A DNA stretch of 46,858 bases from Candidatus Uhrbacteria bacterium. GTDB lineage: Bacteria > Patescibacteriota > Patescibacteriia > UBA9934 > GWF2-40-263. Below, one piece after another: positions 27,162 to 37,427 of this stretch. Positions within the stretch are counted from its first letter, which is position 1. Every line of letters starts with the position of its first letter. Location of the stretch: the NCBI GenBank assembly GCA_016209325.1, contig JACQWJ010000025.1:1-46858 (forward strand), written 5' to 3'. The notes beneath the pieces were generated by a model. That model saw only the letters and a program-made list of their open reading frames with translations. It did not search any database and was not told the origin of the DNA. The translations under genes were made by a program, and so were the position numbers.

Positions 27162-27884
27162 GTGACAGGTAATGAACAACCCCTCTTTACGTTGAACCTC
27201 GTGAGGCCACTTTTTGGATTTCTTCAGGTTGCGACGGATCTGCTCGGGGCCTTTCATCGACAGGAGAGCACCCAGGCGGCGGGAGACGAGGAGTTGGCCC
27301 GGCGGATGGGGGAAGGTGAACAGTCCGCCTTTGACCAGCTGTACGAGCGTTACTTTCAGAAAATCTACGCCTTCGTGTTCCGGCGCGTCAGTCACCGCGA
27401 GATTGCCGAAGACCTTGTCTCCGAGATTTTCCTCAAGGCGTTTACCCATCGCCGCGCGTTCGTCTGGAAGACGTCTTTTTCCGCCTGGATCTATCGCATC
27501 GCCGCCAACGCGGTCACGGACCATTACCGCACGAAGAAGACTGCTGACGAGCTCGACGATTCCCATCCCGACCATGCTGCAGGGCGTGCAGCGCTCAACG
27601 AGGCAGTCGACCGCTCGCTTCTCGGCATCCAGCTCGAGCGTGTGCTTGAGCTTCTGCAGGAGCGCGAACGTCTGGCCGTGACGCTCAAGTTCTACGCCGA
27701 ATGCACCAATCAAGAGATCGCCGAAGCCTTGAAGTGCACTCCCAACAACATCGGGGTCATCCTTCATCGCGCCCTCAAGCGCTGCGCATCTCTTGCGCCT
27801 CCCGAGCTCAGACGCATGATGGAGACCGTCATTGGTCAGGAAGGCGCCATCTTGTCGGCAGCCGATGCGCGCAGAAGCCCCTAG
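27162..27884 (+). CDS. ECF RNA polymerase sigma factor
   Basis: AFDQLYERY, AEDLVSEIFLKAF, FSAWIYRIAAN, region 4 QEIAEAL...LHRALKR. Start uncertain. Confidence 0.92.
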   Translation: MTGNEQPLFTLNLVRPLFGFLQVATDLLGAFHRQESTQAAGDEELARRMGEGEQSAFDQLYERYFQKIYAFVFRRVSHREIAEDLVSEIFLKAFTHRRAFVWKTSFSAWIYRIAANAVTDHYRTKKTADELDDSHPDHAAGRAALNEAVDRSLLGIQLERVLELLQERERLAVTLKFYAECTNQEIAEALKCTPNNIGVILHRALKRCASLAPPELRRMMETVIGQEGAILSAADARRSP

Positions 27885-27896
27885 TGTTTACCCCTT

Positions 27897-30800
27897 ATGC
27901 ATTTCCCCAATTTGAGACGAGACCGTAATGAAGATCCTTCGCCGTCGTTGGAACAAGGCGTAGGCGGGCTTTTGGACCGCCAAGCTAAGTCCATTGACGT
28001 TTCGCCGCGACCGGGGTTCAAGGAGGCGCTGCATATGCGCCTTTCGGAAGCCTGGCAGGCATCCCATATGTCTTCTCGTTTTTCTCTTTCGGCCCTGCTT
28101 GCGGGGCCGCAGCGCCGCCTGGCCACCGCGGGCGTCACCGCCCTCGTGCTCGTCGTCGTCGCGAGTCTCGTGCTCCAGCCATTCTTTGGTGTACAGACCG
28201 TTTACGCCTTTGACAGTTTCACCCTCACACCGGAACAGTCGGACGCGCTCGGTATCGCATCCGATACGTCTTTTATTCTTGAGAGCCGTCAGAAGGTGAG
28301 CGTGGCGGACGTGAAGGACAAGCTCGCGCTCAACGTCGCGACTCCCTATACCCTTGATCAGGTTTCGGCCAAGCAGATCCGTCTCGCGTTCGACGAGCCT
28401 CTCCCGGCCGCGAAAGTCGTCAGCGTCAAGCTCCAGACAACTGCCACCGACCCGACGGGTCAGGAAGTTTCTCGTCCCTACTCCTGGGCCTTCCAGGTGA
28501 AGAGTCCATTCCGAATTTTAAATACGATTCCCGGCAAGGAATCTTCCGAAGTTCCCTTGGACGCGGGGATCGAAATCAATTTCAGCCATGAGAACGTCGA
28601 TCCGGAAGCCTTTGCCAACGCGTTTCACGTCGTTCCCGAGGTGAAGGGCCACGTCGAGCATTCCCGGCGCGCGTTCGTGTTCGTGCCCGAGCAGCCGCTT
28701 GCCCCAGAGACCGTTTATTCCGTGACGATCGACGGGTCGCTCGCCCCGAAGGGCAGCGCCGAGGTCCTGGGAGAGGACTACGCGTTCCAGTTTGAGACGT
28801 CCCCGAACAACGCCGAGCGCGGCTTTGATTTTTCCCTCCAGCAGCGCTATCTGACGGTCACGTCTTCCCAGGACGTGTTCGTTCCCTACTCCTCCTACTG
28901 GGGAAACGATTCCATTGGCACGGCACACGCCAAGGTCTATCGCTTCCTCGACGCCGACCAGGTGTCCGCCTTTGACCGTTACGTAGCCGCCGTGCAGAAG
29001 GGACAGGAAGTGGATTGGACCCAGTTCTCAACCCCCGAAGGTATTGCCGACTTTTCACAGCTTTCCCTGGTTGCCGAATTTGACGCGACGGACGTCGCCC
29101 GGAACTGGCAGCATTACCTTCTCTTTCCCCAGCCCTTGGAATCCGGCTATTACCTCGCGGACATCGAAGCCAAGGGCAAGCGCCAGTGGCTTCTCATCCA
29201 GTCAAGCGACCTGACCGCCTACGTCGCCAAGGCGACCGACCGTACCCTCTTCTGGGTGAACCGCGCATCCTCCCACGCGTCCGTTGAGGGTGCACAGGTA
29301 AAATTTACGGGAGACGTCCAGACTGCCGCAACCGGCCCGGATGGAATCGCCTACGTTTCCGCCGAAGGCCGCCTTACGAAGGATTACGTCGCTCCCAAGC
29401 TGGCCGAAATCCGTCATGGGGAAGACGCAATTGTCCTGTCCCTCGACGAGGGATGGATGCCCTATGCCACGAAGGCCGGATGGGACAAGCGGATCGGTCC
29501 GGTTTCGGATCCGCGCTCGGACTATTGGAGCTACGTCTATACGGACCGGCCCATGTACCAGCCTTCTGACACGATTCAGGTCTGGGGCTATGCCGAACGC
29601 CGGACGACCGGCGAACACCCGAAGACGGTGCGCGCCTGGATCGGTCAGCCATCCTGGTGCGATTTCAACGACCCCTCCTGCGGAACGTCCGACATTGTGT
29701 TCGACGAAATCGACCTCCCCGTGACCGAGCGTGGCACGTTCGAAGGGACACTGAAGATCTCGGGAATCAATCCTGGCTATTACGACCTGAAGATCGAATC
29801 CGGAGAAGACGAAATAACCATGCGTGGCGTCCAAGTGACCGAGTATGTGAAGCCCGCGTATACACTTTCCATTGTTCCTGATGTCAAAGCAGCCTTTGCC
29901 GGGGACGCGGTCGGATTTACTGTCCATGGGGAATTCTTCGAGGGAACCCCGGTCAAGAACATGCCCGTCCGCGTTGAGAGCGAGCTCGGCACCCAGGTGG
30001 TGACCTTGGACGAGACAGGCAATGCCCGCGCGACGCTCGCGTTTCCCTACGACTCATCCAACCTCGAATGGCGCTATCCGCGCACCATGTGGATCAATGT
30101 GTCTCCAGATCGTCCAGAAGAGGGAAACATTCAAGCCGGAACCAGCCTGGCTTTGTTCGGACCAAAGGTCTATCTCGACATTCCCTGGGAGCAGGCCAAG
30201 ATCAAGGATGGAACCGGCAGGGTCGAGGTGACCGCCCGGACCGTGGAGCCCTCCGACTCCTGGGATCCGAAGGAATTCGCCCCGTCGGTTCGTCCCGGTC
30301 AGGCGATCCGCGGTGAGGTGGTCGAGATTACCTACGTCCGTCGCGAAATCGGGACGACCTACGACTTCATCCGCAAGCAGACCGTCACCCGGTATGCCTA
30401 CGACCGCAAGGAGGCCAAGATTGCGGACGTCTCTTTGGTAACGGGCGCGGATGGCAAGGCAGGTTATGCATTCCCCATCCGGAACCCCGAAGCCAACTAC
30501 AAGGTGATCCTCTTTGCGTCGGACGAAAATGGCCGTACCGACCGGACTGAGACCTACGTCTGGCAGGACCACCAATTTGAGTACGAGGATCATGCCTTGC
30601 GGTTTACTAACGAAGAGCAGGAAGCCGATCCTCAGCAATTCAAGGGCTATGGGGAAAATCAGACAGTCCATCTGCGCGTCGACTTGGGAGGCAAGCCGTT
30701 TGCCGTACCCGCAGAAGGAACGTTCCTCTATTTCCAGGCCCAACGCGGCATTCAGGAAACGTCCGTCACCCATGGAGGGCGCTACGAATTCCTCTACGAA

Positions 30801-33185
30801 ACGAGGGATATTCCGAACGTGTCCGCCTTCGGCATTTTCTTCGACGGCCGCGGCTATGCCGAGGTTGGGGGAAACGACATTGGCATCTGGGGGTTCATGG
30901 GGACCCAGGGATATGACGTTTCCTACGACCAATCCTTAAACGAGCTGACAGTGGACGTGTCCTCCGACCGCGACGCCTACCGTCCCGGAGAGGAAGCTGT
31001 TGTCTCCGTTTCGCTCAAGGACGTTCAGGGTAATCCCGTGTCCGCCGAAGTGAACCTGAACGTCGTGGACGAGGCGTTTTATGCGCTGACTCCCGAGGAC
31101 GTCGATCCCCTTGGCGAACTCTTTCGCCACGTCGAGAGCGGGATTTTGGCAACGCAGGTGACCCAGAAAGCCGAGGCGTTTGCCATGAACGGTGCCGAAG
31201 GCGGAGGCGGGGGAGACCGGGGACGCTTCGTCTTCAAGGACACCGCCGCTTTTGCGACAGTCGTCACGGACCAGGAGGGAAAGGCGCAATACCGCTTCAC
31301 GCTGCCCGACAACATCACGTCGTGGCGCGTCACGGCCCAGGCCATCGAACCGAACCGTAAGCTGGCGGGAGACGCTGTGGCCAACGTGGACGCCACCCTG
31401 CCGTTCTTCCTAAGCCCAGTCATGCGGAATTCGTACTTGGACGGCGACCAGCCGACGATCCTCGTACGCGCCGCCGGCACCGACGTGCGTCCTGCCGACT
31501 TCGTCGCCTACACGATTCGCGTCCCGGACGCGAAGATCGAAGAGACGCGCCAGGCCGCTGCTGGTGACACCCTGCGCTTTGACCTTCCGGATCTCGCGAT
31601 CGGTCCCCATGAGATTACCGTCTCCGGAACCACGGGCACGTTGAAGGATACGGTCACGCGGACCGTTCTGATTGTCTCTTCGCGTCTCGTAAAGCCCGTC
31701 ATTGCGAAGACCGTGCTCGACGGAACGAGATCGATCGAAGGCGCTTCCGACCGTCTGACGTACGTCACGTTTCTCGATGGCAACCGCGGACGGTATTATC
31801 CCGATCTCTCGGGAATGGCCAGCACGTACGGCGATCGCGCCGATGAAGCGGCGGTTCGCGTCATGGCAACCGAACTCTTGAACAAGGAATTTGGGGAAAC
31901 CAACCCGATTCCCGAAATCGTCGCGCAGAATTACCAGGGGCTGGGTATCCGTCTCTTGCCCTATGCCGACGAGGATTTCGACCTGACCGCCAAAGTCGCC
32001 CTGTTCGGGGAAACGCCGTTTGACGAGAAGAACCTGGAGTTCTACTTCCGCAACCGTTTCGATGCCCGTGCAACGGGTTCCGAACCTCTGGACGCGGGAC
32101 AGGCCGCCAAGGCTTACGCCGCCCTGGCGGGCCTCGGAGTTCCCGTCCTGGCCGAGCTTCAGCGGTTCGCGGAAACGCCGGATCTGGATACGGAGTCCCG
32201 CATCTACGTCGCCTTGGCTCTGCACCTCCTCGGCGACAGCGAAGGTGCGCGGACGCTGTATCGCTCGCTCACAAAGGAATTGACCAAGGAATTGGGATAC
32301 GCCTATGTTCCCGCCGAGCACGTCGAGACGTCGGTTGAGCAGACATCCTTGATGGCCATTCTCGCCGGCGGATTGGCAGAACCCGAACGCGACGCGCTCG
32401 CGGATTACGTCTGGAGGCAACCGCACGGCAACACGCTTATCGCTCTCGAACAGCTTCTGTTCATCCGTGAATCCATGAAGGCGTTTCCGGCCGGATCCGT
32501 CACGGTCGCCTACACGCTGGGCGGGGAACGTCAGCGCGCCACGCTGGAGCGCGGGCAGTCGAAAACGGTCATTGTGCCGGCTGGTCAGCTCTCTGGACTG
32601 TCCGCCATGGCCGAGAAGGGAACGGTGCTCGCAGTCAGTCGCTACGAGACCCCACTCGTCGATCCGAACGAGCCGGTCGAGGACCGCCTGGTCCTCCGCC
32701 GCAGCTATGCGGCTGTGGGCGGCGCATCCGGCACGTCCTTCCGCGAGGGCGACCTCATCCGGGTCAGCGTCCAGTACGACGTCCCGCCGTCAGGTAACAC
32801 GGTCGACCTCTCGCCTCAGCCCATCGAGTTCATGGAAGAAGGGCTGTATCCGTCCCCGTCTCCCGCGAATACCGCTCCGTTTGAGACGTACCAGATTACC
32901 GACGTCCTGCCGTCCGGGCTGGCCGCCGTTACCGAACCTTCCTTCATGTACGTCGACGTCAAAGGCTGCGTCGATTATCCCTACCAGGTCTTCAACCAGC
33001 GCGTGTCATTCTTCGTGACCAACGACCGCATCGTCGATTCCGCCTGCGGGAACAATACGCTCACCTACTACGCCCGCGTCGTTACGCCCGGCGTCTACGT
33101 CGCCGAGCCCGCGTACATCCGCCTGGAGCGGGATCCGTCGATCCATAACCATTCGGAGCAGGCTACGATAACCATCGTTGAATAA
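27897..33185 (+). CDS. Alpha-2-macroglobulin family protein with N-terminal putative anti-sigma domain, TM and Ig-like domains
   Basis: YTDRPMYQPSD (MG2), EYVKPAY, LPDNITSWRVTAQA (A2M), YYARVVTPGVY (C-terminal). N-terminal PRPGFKEALHMRL followed by a TM. Confidence 0.88.
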   Translation: MHFPNLRRDRNEDPSPSLEQGVGGLLDRQAKSIDVSPRPGFKEALHMRLSEAWQASHMSSRFSLSALLAGPQRRLATAGVTALVLVVVASLVLQPFFGVQTVYAFDSFTLTPEQSDALGIASDTSFILESRQKVSVADVKDKLALNVATPYTLDQVSAKQIRLAFDEPLPAAKVVSVKLQTTATDPTGQEVSRPYSWAFQVKSPFRILNTIPGKESSEVPLDAGIEINFSHENVDPEAFANAFHVVPEVKGHVEHSRRAFVFVPEQPLAPETVYSVTIDGSLAPKGSAEVLGEDYAFQFETSPNNAERGFDFSLQQRYLTVTSSQDVFVPYSSYWGNDSIGTAHAKVYRFLDADQVSAFDRYVAAVQKGQEVDWTQFSTPEGIADFSQLSLVAEFDATDVARNWQHYLLFPQPLESGYYLADIEAKGKRQWLLIQSSDLTAYVAKATDRTLFWVNRASSHASVEGAQVKFTGDVQTAATGPDGIAYVSAEGRLTKDYVAPKLAEIRHGEDAIVLSLDEGWMPYATKAGWDKRIGPVSDPRSDYWSYVYTDRPMYQPSDTIQVWGYAERRTTGEHPKTVRAWIGQPSWCDFNDPSCGTSDIVFDEIDLPVTERGTFEGTLKISGINPGYYDLKIESGEDEITMRGVQVTEYVKPAYTLSIVPDVKAAFAGDAVGFTVHGEFFEGTPVKNMPVRVESELGTQVVTLDETGNARATLAFPYDSSNLEWRYPRTMWINVSPDRPEEGNIQAGTSLALFGPKVYLDIPWEQAKIKDGTGRVEVTARTVEPSDSWDPKEFAPSVRPGQAIRGEVVEITYVRREIGTTYDFIRKQTVTRYAYDRKEAKIADVSLVTGADGKAGYAFPIRNPEANYKVILFASDENGRTDRTETYVWQDHQFEYEDHALRFTNEEQEADPQQFKGYGENQTVHLRVDLGGKPFAVPAEGTFLYFQAQRGIQETSVTHGGRYEFLYETRDIPNVSAFGIFFDGRGYAEVGGNDIGIWGFMGTQGYDVSYDQSLNELTVDVSSDRDAYRPGEEAVVSVSLKDVQGNPVSAEVNLNVVDEAFYALTPEDVDPLGELFRHVESGILATQVTQKAEAFAMNGAEGGGGGDRGRFVFKDTAAFATVVTDQEGKAQYRFTLPDNITSWRVTAQAIEPNRKLAGDAVANVDATLPFFLSPVMRNSYLDGDQPTILVRAAGTDVRPADFVAYTIRVPDAKIEETRQAAAGDTLRFDLPDLAIGPHEITVSGTTGTLKDTVTRTVLIVSSRLVKPVIAKTVLDGTRSIEGASDRLTYVTFLDGNRGRYYPDLSGMASTYGDRADEAAVRVMATELLNKEFGETNPIPEIVAQNYQGLGIRLLPYADEDFDLTAKVALFGETPFDEKNLEFYFRNRFDARATGSEPLDAGQAAKAYAALAGLGVPVLAELQRFAETPDLDTESRIYVALALHLLGDSEGARTLYRSLTKELTKELGYAYVPAEHVETSVEQTSLMAILAGGLAEPERDALADYVWRQPHGNTLIALEQLLFIRESMKAFPAGSVTVAYTLGGERQRATLERGQSKTVIVPAGQLSGLSAMAEKGTVLAVSRYETPLVDPNEPVEDRLVLRRSYAAVGGASGTSFREGDLIRVSVQYDVPPSGNTVDLSPQPIEFMEEGLYPSPSPANTAPFETYQITDVLPSGLAAVTEPSFMYVDVKGCVDYPYQVFNQRVSFFVTNDRIVDSACGNNTLTYYARVVTPGVYVAEPAYIRLERDPSIHNHSEQATITIVE

Positions 33186-33187
33186 GC

Positions 33188-35062
33188 ATGGATCGCCAAC
33201 GCCTCACAACCGCGGCGTGGATCATCGGAGGGACGCTCGTCGTCCCTCTGTTGCTTTTGCTGCCTTGGCTTCCGCGTCTGTGGGGATCCTCCGTCCATCC
33301 GACGCTCGTATCCGTTTCTGAGGAAGGACTCCCGTCCAAACCCTTCGCATTTTCGCCGCGCACGTTTCAGGTAGACAACATCGAAGGCATTGGCATGGTC
33401 CTGCGAGCTGCCAAGGAAGTGAGCGTGCCGGCTTCGTCCGAATCAGCGTCCGTCTCCGCCGCCGTCCTGCCCCACCACACGCTGCTCGGGAAACAGCTGG
33501 CGGAACAGTGGTCGTCCATCGCCGCCTCGACACGCCCTTCCGTCATCGTTCTGATTGGTCCAGCCCATCAGAATCAGGGAAGAGCATTGGTTCAGACGAC
33601 GCGCGGCGTCTGGAAAACTTCGGTCGGCAGCGTGTCGACCGCGGACGCCGCCGTCCTGGCCCTCGTGTCTTCCGGCGTTGTTTCGGAAGAGCCGGACTCG
33701 TTTGAAAACGAGCACAGCGTCGGTGCCCATGTTCCGTATTTGGCCAAACTGTTCCCAGGCGTCCCGATCATCCCCATCATCGCCAAGTCGCCGGCAGAAG
33801 AGTTTTCCGCTCGGAAGCTCGTGACGGCCTTGGAAGACATCCTGCCTTCCGACGCCCTGGTCGTCTCAAGCATCGACTTCTCGCACGGCCTCCGCGCCGC
33901 ACAGGCGGACGCCAAAGACGCGGAGACCCTGTCGCTTGTATCTCAGCGGGATTACGCTCAGATCGACGGCCTCAGCTCGGAATATCTGGACTCCCCGTTT
34001 GCGCTCGACGCGTATCTGTTGTGGATGGACATGCAAGGCGCACAGGATCGGCTCGTGTGGCAGGAACATAGCGGGCGCATCCTTCAGGATCCGACGCTTC
34101 CCGGCACGAGCTACCTGGTCTTTTTCGCCAGACTCCTTTCCGAGGAACCGCTGACCCTAACCGCCGTCGGCGACCTCATGTTGGCGCGGAGCGTCGCGAC
34201 ATGGCTGGCTCAGACGACCGTCGAAGACGCATTCGGACCTGCACGCGATACCCTCGCGGGTTCTGATTTTGTTTTCGGCAATTTGGAAAGCGTCCTATCC
34301 ACGTCTTCGATCGACATCCCAAAGGAGATTCGTTTTAAGGCGGATCCGGCCAGAGTGGACGCGTTGACCTATGCGGGGTTCACCCATCTGTCCGTTGCGA
34401 ACAATCACATCGGCGATTACGGGGAAGCCGCCTGGCAGGAATCCTCGGAACATTTGCGCGCAGCGGGGATCGAGCCGGTGGGCGGCTACCGCAACGACGG
34501 ACCTATCGTCATTGCGGAGGCAAACGGCCGTAGCGTCGCCTTCCTGGCGTTTGAAAGCCTGATCCGGCCGGTCGTTCCCGAGGAAGTGTCCCGTCAGGTC
34601 CAAGCAGCCGCAACGCAGGCCGACCTCGTGATCGCTTCCTTCCATTGGGGAGTCGAATACCAGCATCTGCCGCACGCGAGTCAAATCACGCTGGCCCACG
34701 CTGCGATCGACGCCGGCGCGGACCTCGTCATTGGTCACCATCCCCACGTCCTTCAGGGCATCGAGACCTACAAGGACGGTCTCATCCTCTACTCTCTCGG
34801 CAACTTCGTCTTCGACCAGTTCGGCGAGGACGAGAACGAGACCGTCGTGGCCAAGATTCGGTGGGAGGGCCTCGCCCGTAGGCAAAATGAGGCTACGGCC
34901 GATGGAAAGAAGCGAACGGTAGAATTGATCCCCATGCGCATCGAACGGGGATTCCCCCGGCCCACCATCGGCACCGAACGCGCGTACACCCTCAACAGCC
35001 TCGCCTCCTGGTCCGCCTCCGACCTCGCGGACGCGTTGAAGAGTGGGATGGTGGCGTGGTGA
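33188..35062 (+). CDS. AmmeMemoRadiSam protein B (Memo-like) / CapA-family metallophosphatase fusion
   Basis: LPHH, GPAH, EHSV, SSIDFSH (Memo); GDLML, GNLES, ANNHIGD, HWGVEY, GHHPH, YSLGNFVFD (CapA). N-terminal TM. Confidence 0.9.
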   Translation: MDRQRLTTAAWIIGGTLVVPLLLLLPWLPRLWGSSVHPTLVSVSEEGLPSKPFAFSPRTFQVDNIEGIGMVLRAAKEVSVPASSESASVSAAVLPHHTLLGKQLAEQWSSIAASTRPSVIVLIGPAHQNQGRALVQTTRGVWKTSVGSVSTADAAVLALVSSGVVSEEPDSFENEHSVGAHVPYLAKLFPGVPIIPIIAKSPAEEFSARKLVTALEDILPSDALVVSSIDFSHGLRAAQADAKDAETLSLVSQRDYAQIDGLSSEYLDSPFALDAYLLWMDMQGAQDRLVWQEHSGRILQDPTLPGTSYLVFFARLLSEEPLTLTAVGDLMLARSVATWLAQTTVEDAFGPARDTLAGSDFVFGNLESVLSTSSIDIPKEIRFKADPARVDALTYAGFTHLSVANNHIGDYGEAAWQESSEHLRAAGIEPVGGYRNDGPIVIAEANGRSVAFLAFESLIRPVVPEEVSRQVQAAATQADLVIASFHWGVEYQHLPHASQITLAHAAIDAGADLVIGHHPHVLQGIETYKDGLILYSLGNFVFDQFGEDENETVVAKIRWEGLARRQNEATADGKKRTVELIPMRIERGFPRPTIGTERAYTLNSLASWSASDLADALKSGMVAW

Positions 35063-35076
35063 CTATTTCAAGCGGG

Positions 35077-35105
35077 TTGACTTTTTTTATCTCAAGAGGT
35101 AAGTT
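35077..35105 (+). promoter_or_regulatory. Sigma70 promoter of the S9 peptidase gene
   Basis: TTGACT, 17 nt, TAAGTT; SD aaggagg before ATG 35160. Confidence 0.6.
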
Positions 35106-35159
35106 CTGCGCGGCCGCAAGGTGCGGTCGCAAGTTAACACCAAAGAAAGGAGGTACCCA

Positions 35160-37139
35160 ATGGGACCTCGAAAGAAGAGAGCGACATGGCTGTCGCTTTG
35201 GTTTTTCTTCCTGTATCTGGCAATAATGGTGGTCGGATGCGGCGGTGCACGTCAGCAGGTCCGATACGACGGACTGGCCCCCACGGCCGCACCCTCGACG
35301 GTGCCGTCGGTGAAGGAGGTCTACGACGCCGTCGGTTGGAGTCAGCCGCAGGACTGGTGTCGGGATGGAAGCATGTTGTTTTTATCCGGCGTGGCTCTCG
35401 ATCTCCAGTACGAACCGTTGGAGGCAGACCAGGTATTTCGTCGTGATCCGATCACTGGACTCTACGAGCGCCTGACCAACTTCCCGAGTCCGGCGAGAAG
35501 CGCGACTTGTTCTCCAGTCGATCCAGATCAGATCATTATCACGACGTCAAACAACGGCACGGAAAACGACGAGGTCTGGCTCTGGGATGACGGGAACCTC
35601 CGAGCTCTGACCAACAACCCGGAGAAGATCTACGCCTTCAGTGGATGGTCGCCGGATGGTACGCGTATCCTCGTTTCGACCAATGAGGATGACGTGAAGG
35701 CCTATCACGTCAAGGTAATGGACCTCGCAACCGGATCGATGACTTCGATCTTTGCTCGGGACAAGTGGAATTTCGGGGTGGGTTGGTCACCCGATGGGAA
35801 GTACGCCATTGTCAGCCGGTTGGAGAGCCAGGAGGATTCAAACATCTATCTGGTTGACCCCATGACGGGTGCGGCCACACTCGTAACTCCGCATGATAAT
35901 CCGACTCTCTTCACGAGCCCAACTGTCTCGCGGGATGGTCAGATGATGTACGTGTGCACGAACGCCGGGTTTAATACCACCTACCTGGCGCGTATCGACC
36001 TGACGGATTCCACGTATCCTCTCACCACCCTCTTTCAAGAGCTGAACGTCGAATTTGAGGGATATCATCTTCCCCAAAATGGCGTTTGGGAGGATGAGGA
36101 GTGGATGACGCTGTCGTGGAACCGGGGGGGGAGTCGGGTCGTGGAGATTCGCAACCTGCGGAACGGGGGAGATATCCATAGTCCGGATCTCCCTCCGGGA
36201 CTGGCGGGCGGGTTCATTGAGAGTTGGGACAGTCGACGTTTCCTGTTCTCCTACAGCGGTACGCACCCCAGGGATGCGTACCTGTACGATCTTGAGACGA
36301 AGGGTACGGATCGATTCCTCAACACCTCTCCTCGTCTGGACGAGCTCGTGCCCAGGATGAATGTTGAGCTCGTACACTATACCGGGTATGGAGGACAGCT
36401 GATCCCTGCATTCCTCTATACTCCTGCCGGTTTCCAACGCGATGGGACCAGCAAAGTAATTCTGATGGTCCATGGAGGACCCAACGGTCAACACCGACCG
36501 ACGCATTCCGTATTCATCCGCTATGCCCTCGCAAAGGGTTTCGCGGTTCTGGCCCCAAATGTCCGGGGCAGTACTGGGTACGGCAAAGACTGGCTGGACG
36601 CGGACAACATTGAAAAGCGTCCGGTGGCGTTGACAGACACACTCTTGGCCTGGAATTTCCTGGTCGAGCAGAGGATCGCCCATCCCAAACGCATCGTCAT
36701 AGAGGGAGGGTCGTACGGTGGCTTCGTTGCGGCCTATATGGCGACCTTTTATCCAGGTCATTGGGCGGCCGCCGTCAATGCGGTCGGGATCGTCAATTTT
36801 TTCACCTTCTTCCAGAATACGAGACCGGATAGAGTGGTATACCGGACACAGGAGTACGGTCATCCGGAGGAGGATCGGGAGCTGCTCAGACAGCTTTCTC
36901 CCTACTTCAAGATCTTTGAGACTGGACTCTGTACGTCACCCATGCTCATTCTCCACGGCCGGAACGATCCGCGGGTTCCGGTGGGCGAAGCCGAGCAGAT
37001 CGCGCAGGTTCTCCAAGATCGCGGCTGTCCGGTTGAGCTCCGGATCAACGAGGACGAGGGTCACGGCTCGGCAAAGCGGACCAACTGGGTCGCAGACGAT
37101 ACGCTCATTTTTGACTTCCTGGACAAGTACGTCCAATGA
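35160..37139 (+). CDS. S9 family (prolyl oligopeptidase/acylaminoacyl peptidase) lipoprotein
   Basis: Lipobox-like VVGC, WSPDG propeller repeats, HGGP, GGSYGG, DPRVP, EGH. Confidence 0.92.
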   Translation: MGPRKKRATWLSLWFFFLYLAIMVVGCGGARQQVRYDGLAPTAAPSTVPSVKEVYDAVGWSQPQDWCRDGSMLFLSGVALDLQYEPLEADQVFRRDPITGLYERLTNFPSPARSATCSPVDPDQIIITTSNNGTENDEVWLWDDGNLRALTNNPEKIYAFSGWSPDGTRILVSTNEDDVKAYHVKVMDLATGSMTSIFARDKWNFGVGWSPDGKYAIVSRLESQEDSNIYLVDPMTGAATLVTPHDNPTLFTSPTVSRDGQMMYVCTNAGFNTTYLARIDLTDSTYPLTTLFQELNVEFEGYHLPQNGVWEDEEWMTLSWNRGGSRVVEIRNLRNGGDIHSPDLPPGLAGGFIESWDSRRFLFSYSGTHPRDAYLYDLETKGTDRFLNTSPRLDELVPRMNVELVHYTGYGGQLIPAFLYTPAGFQRDGTSKVILMVHGGPNGQHRPTHSVFIRYALAKGFAVLAPNVRGSTGYGKDWLDADNIEKRPVALTDTLLAWNFLVEQRIAHPKRIVIEGGSYGGFVAAYMATFYPGHWAAAVNAVGIVNFFTFFQNTRPDRVVYRTQEYGHPEEDRELLRQLSPYFKIFETGLCTSPMLILHGRNDPRVPVGEAEQIAQVLQDRGCPVELRINEDEGHGSAKRTNWVADDTLIFDFLDKYVQ

Positions 37140-37150
37140 AGCCATCTCAT

Positions 37151-37184
37151 CAGTCGTGACGCGCACGGCTGTTTTTTCTTTTTT
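37151..37184 (+). terminator. Intrinsic terminator
   Basis: cagtcgtg-acgcg-cacggctg followed by a long T tract. Confidence 0.8.
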
Positions 37185-37229
37185 AAATTGTTTTGAAGGT
37201 TCGTTTTACGGCAAAGTGGGGAATGGGAA

Positions 37230-37238
37230 TTATCCACA
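37230..37238 (+). promoter_or_regulatory. DnaA box
   Basis: Perfect TTATCCACA in the AT-rich spacer upstream of mraZ. Confidence 0.5.
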
Positions 37239-37300
37239 GGGTTTGGAATTTTATGCGTTTCTTCTTTTATTTTAGAGCATTTTTTTGTTTTTTATTCGTG

Positions 37301-37351
37301 TTGACGTGCGGGAATAGGTGGCATAAAATGGGTCCAGGTGGAAAAAAGTGG
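37301..37351 (+). promoter_or_regulatory. mraZ promoter with MraZ-binding repeats
   Basis: TTGACG, 17 nt, TAAAAT. GTGG/ATGG/GTGG/GTGG at 37318, 37328, 37338 and 37348 (10-nt period). Confidence 0.8.
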
Positions 37352-37427
37352 GGATTGGATCGCGAGATCCGATGCTCACTTTTGTTTCATCAAAGGAGCT
37401 TTCACCCTTCACGTCGGAGACACAGCC

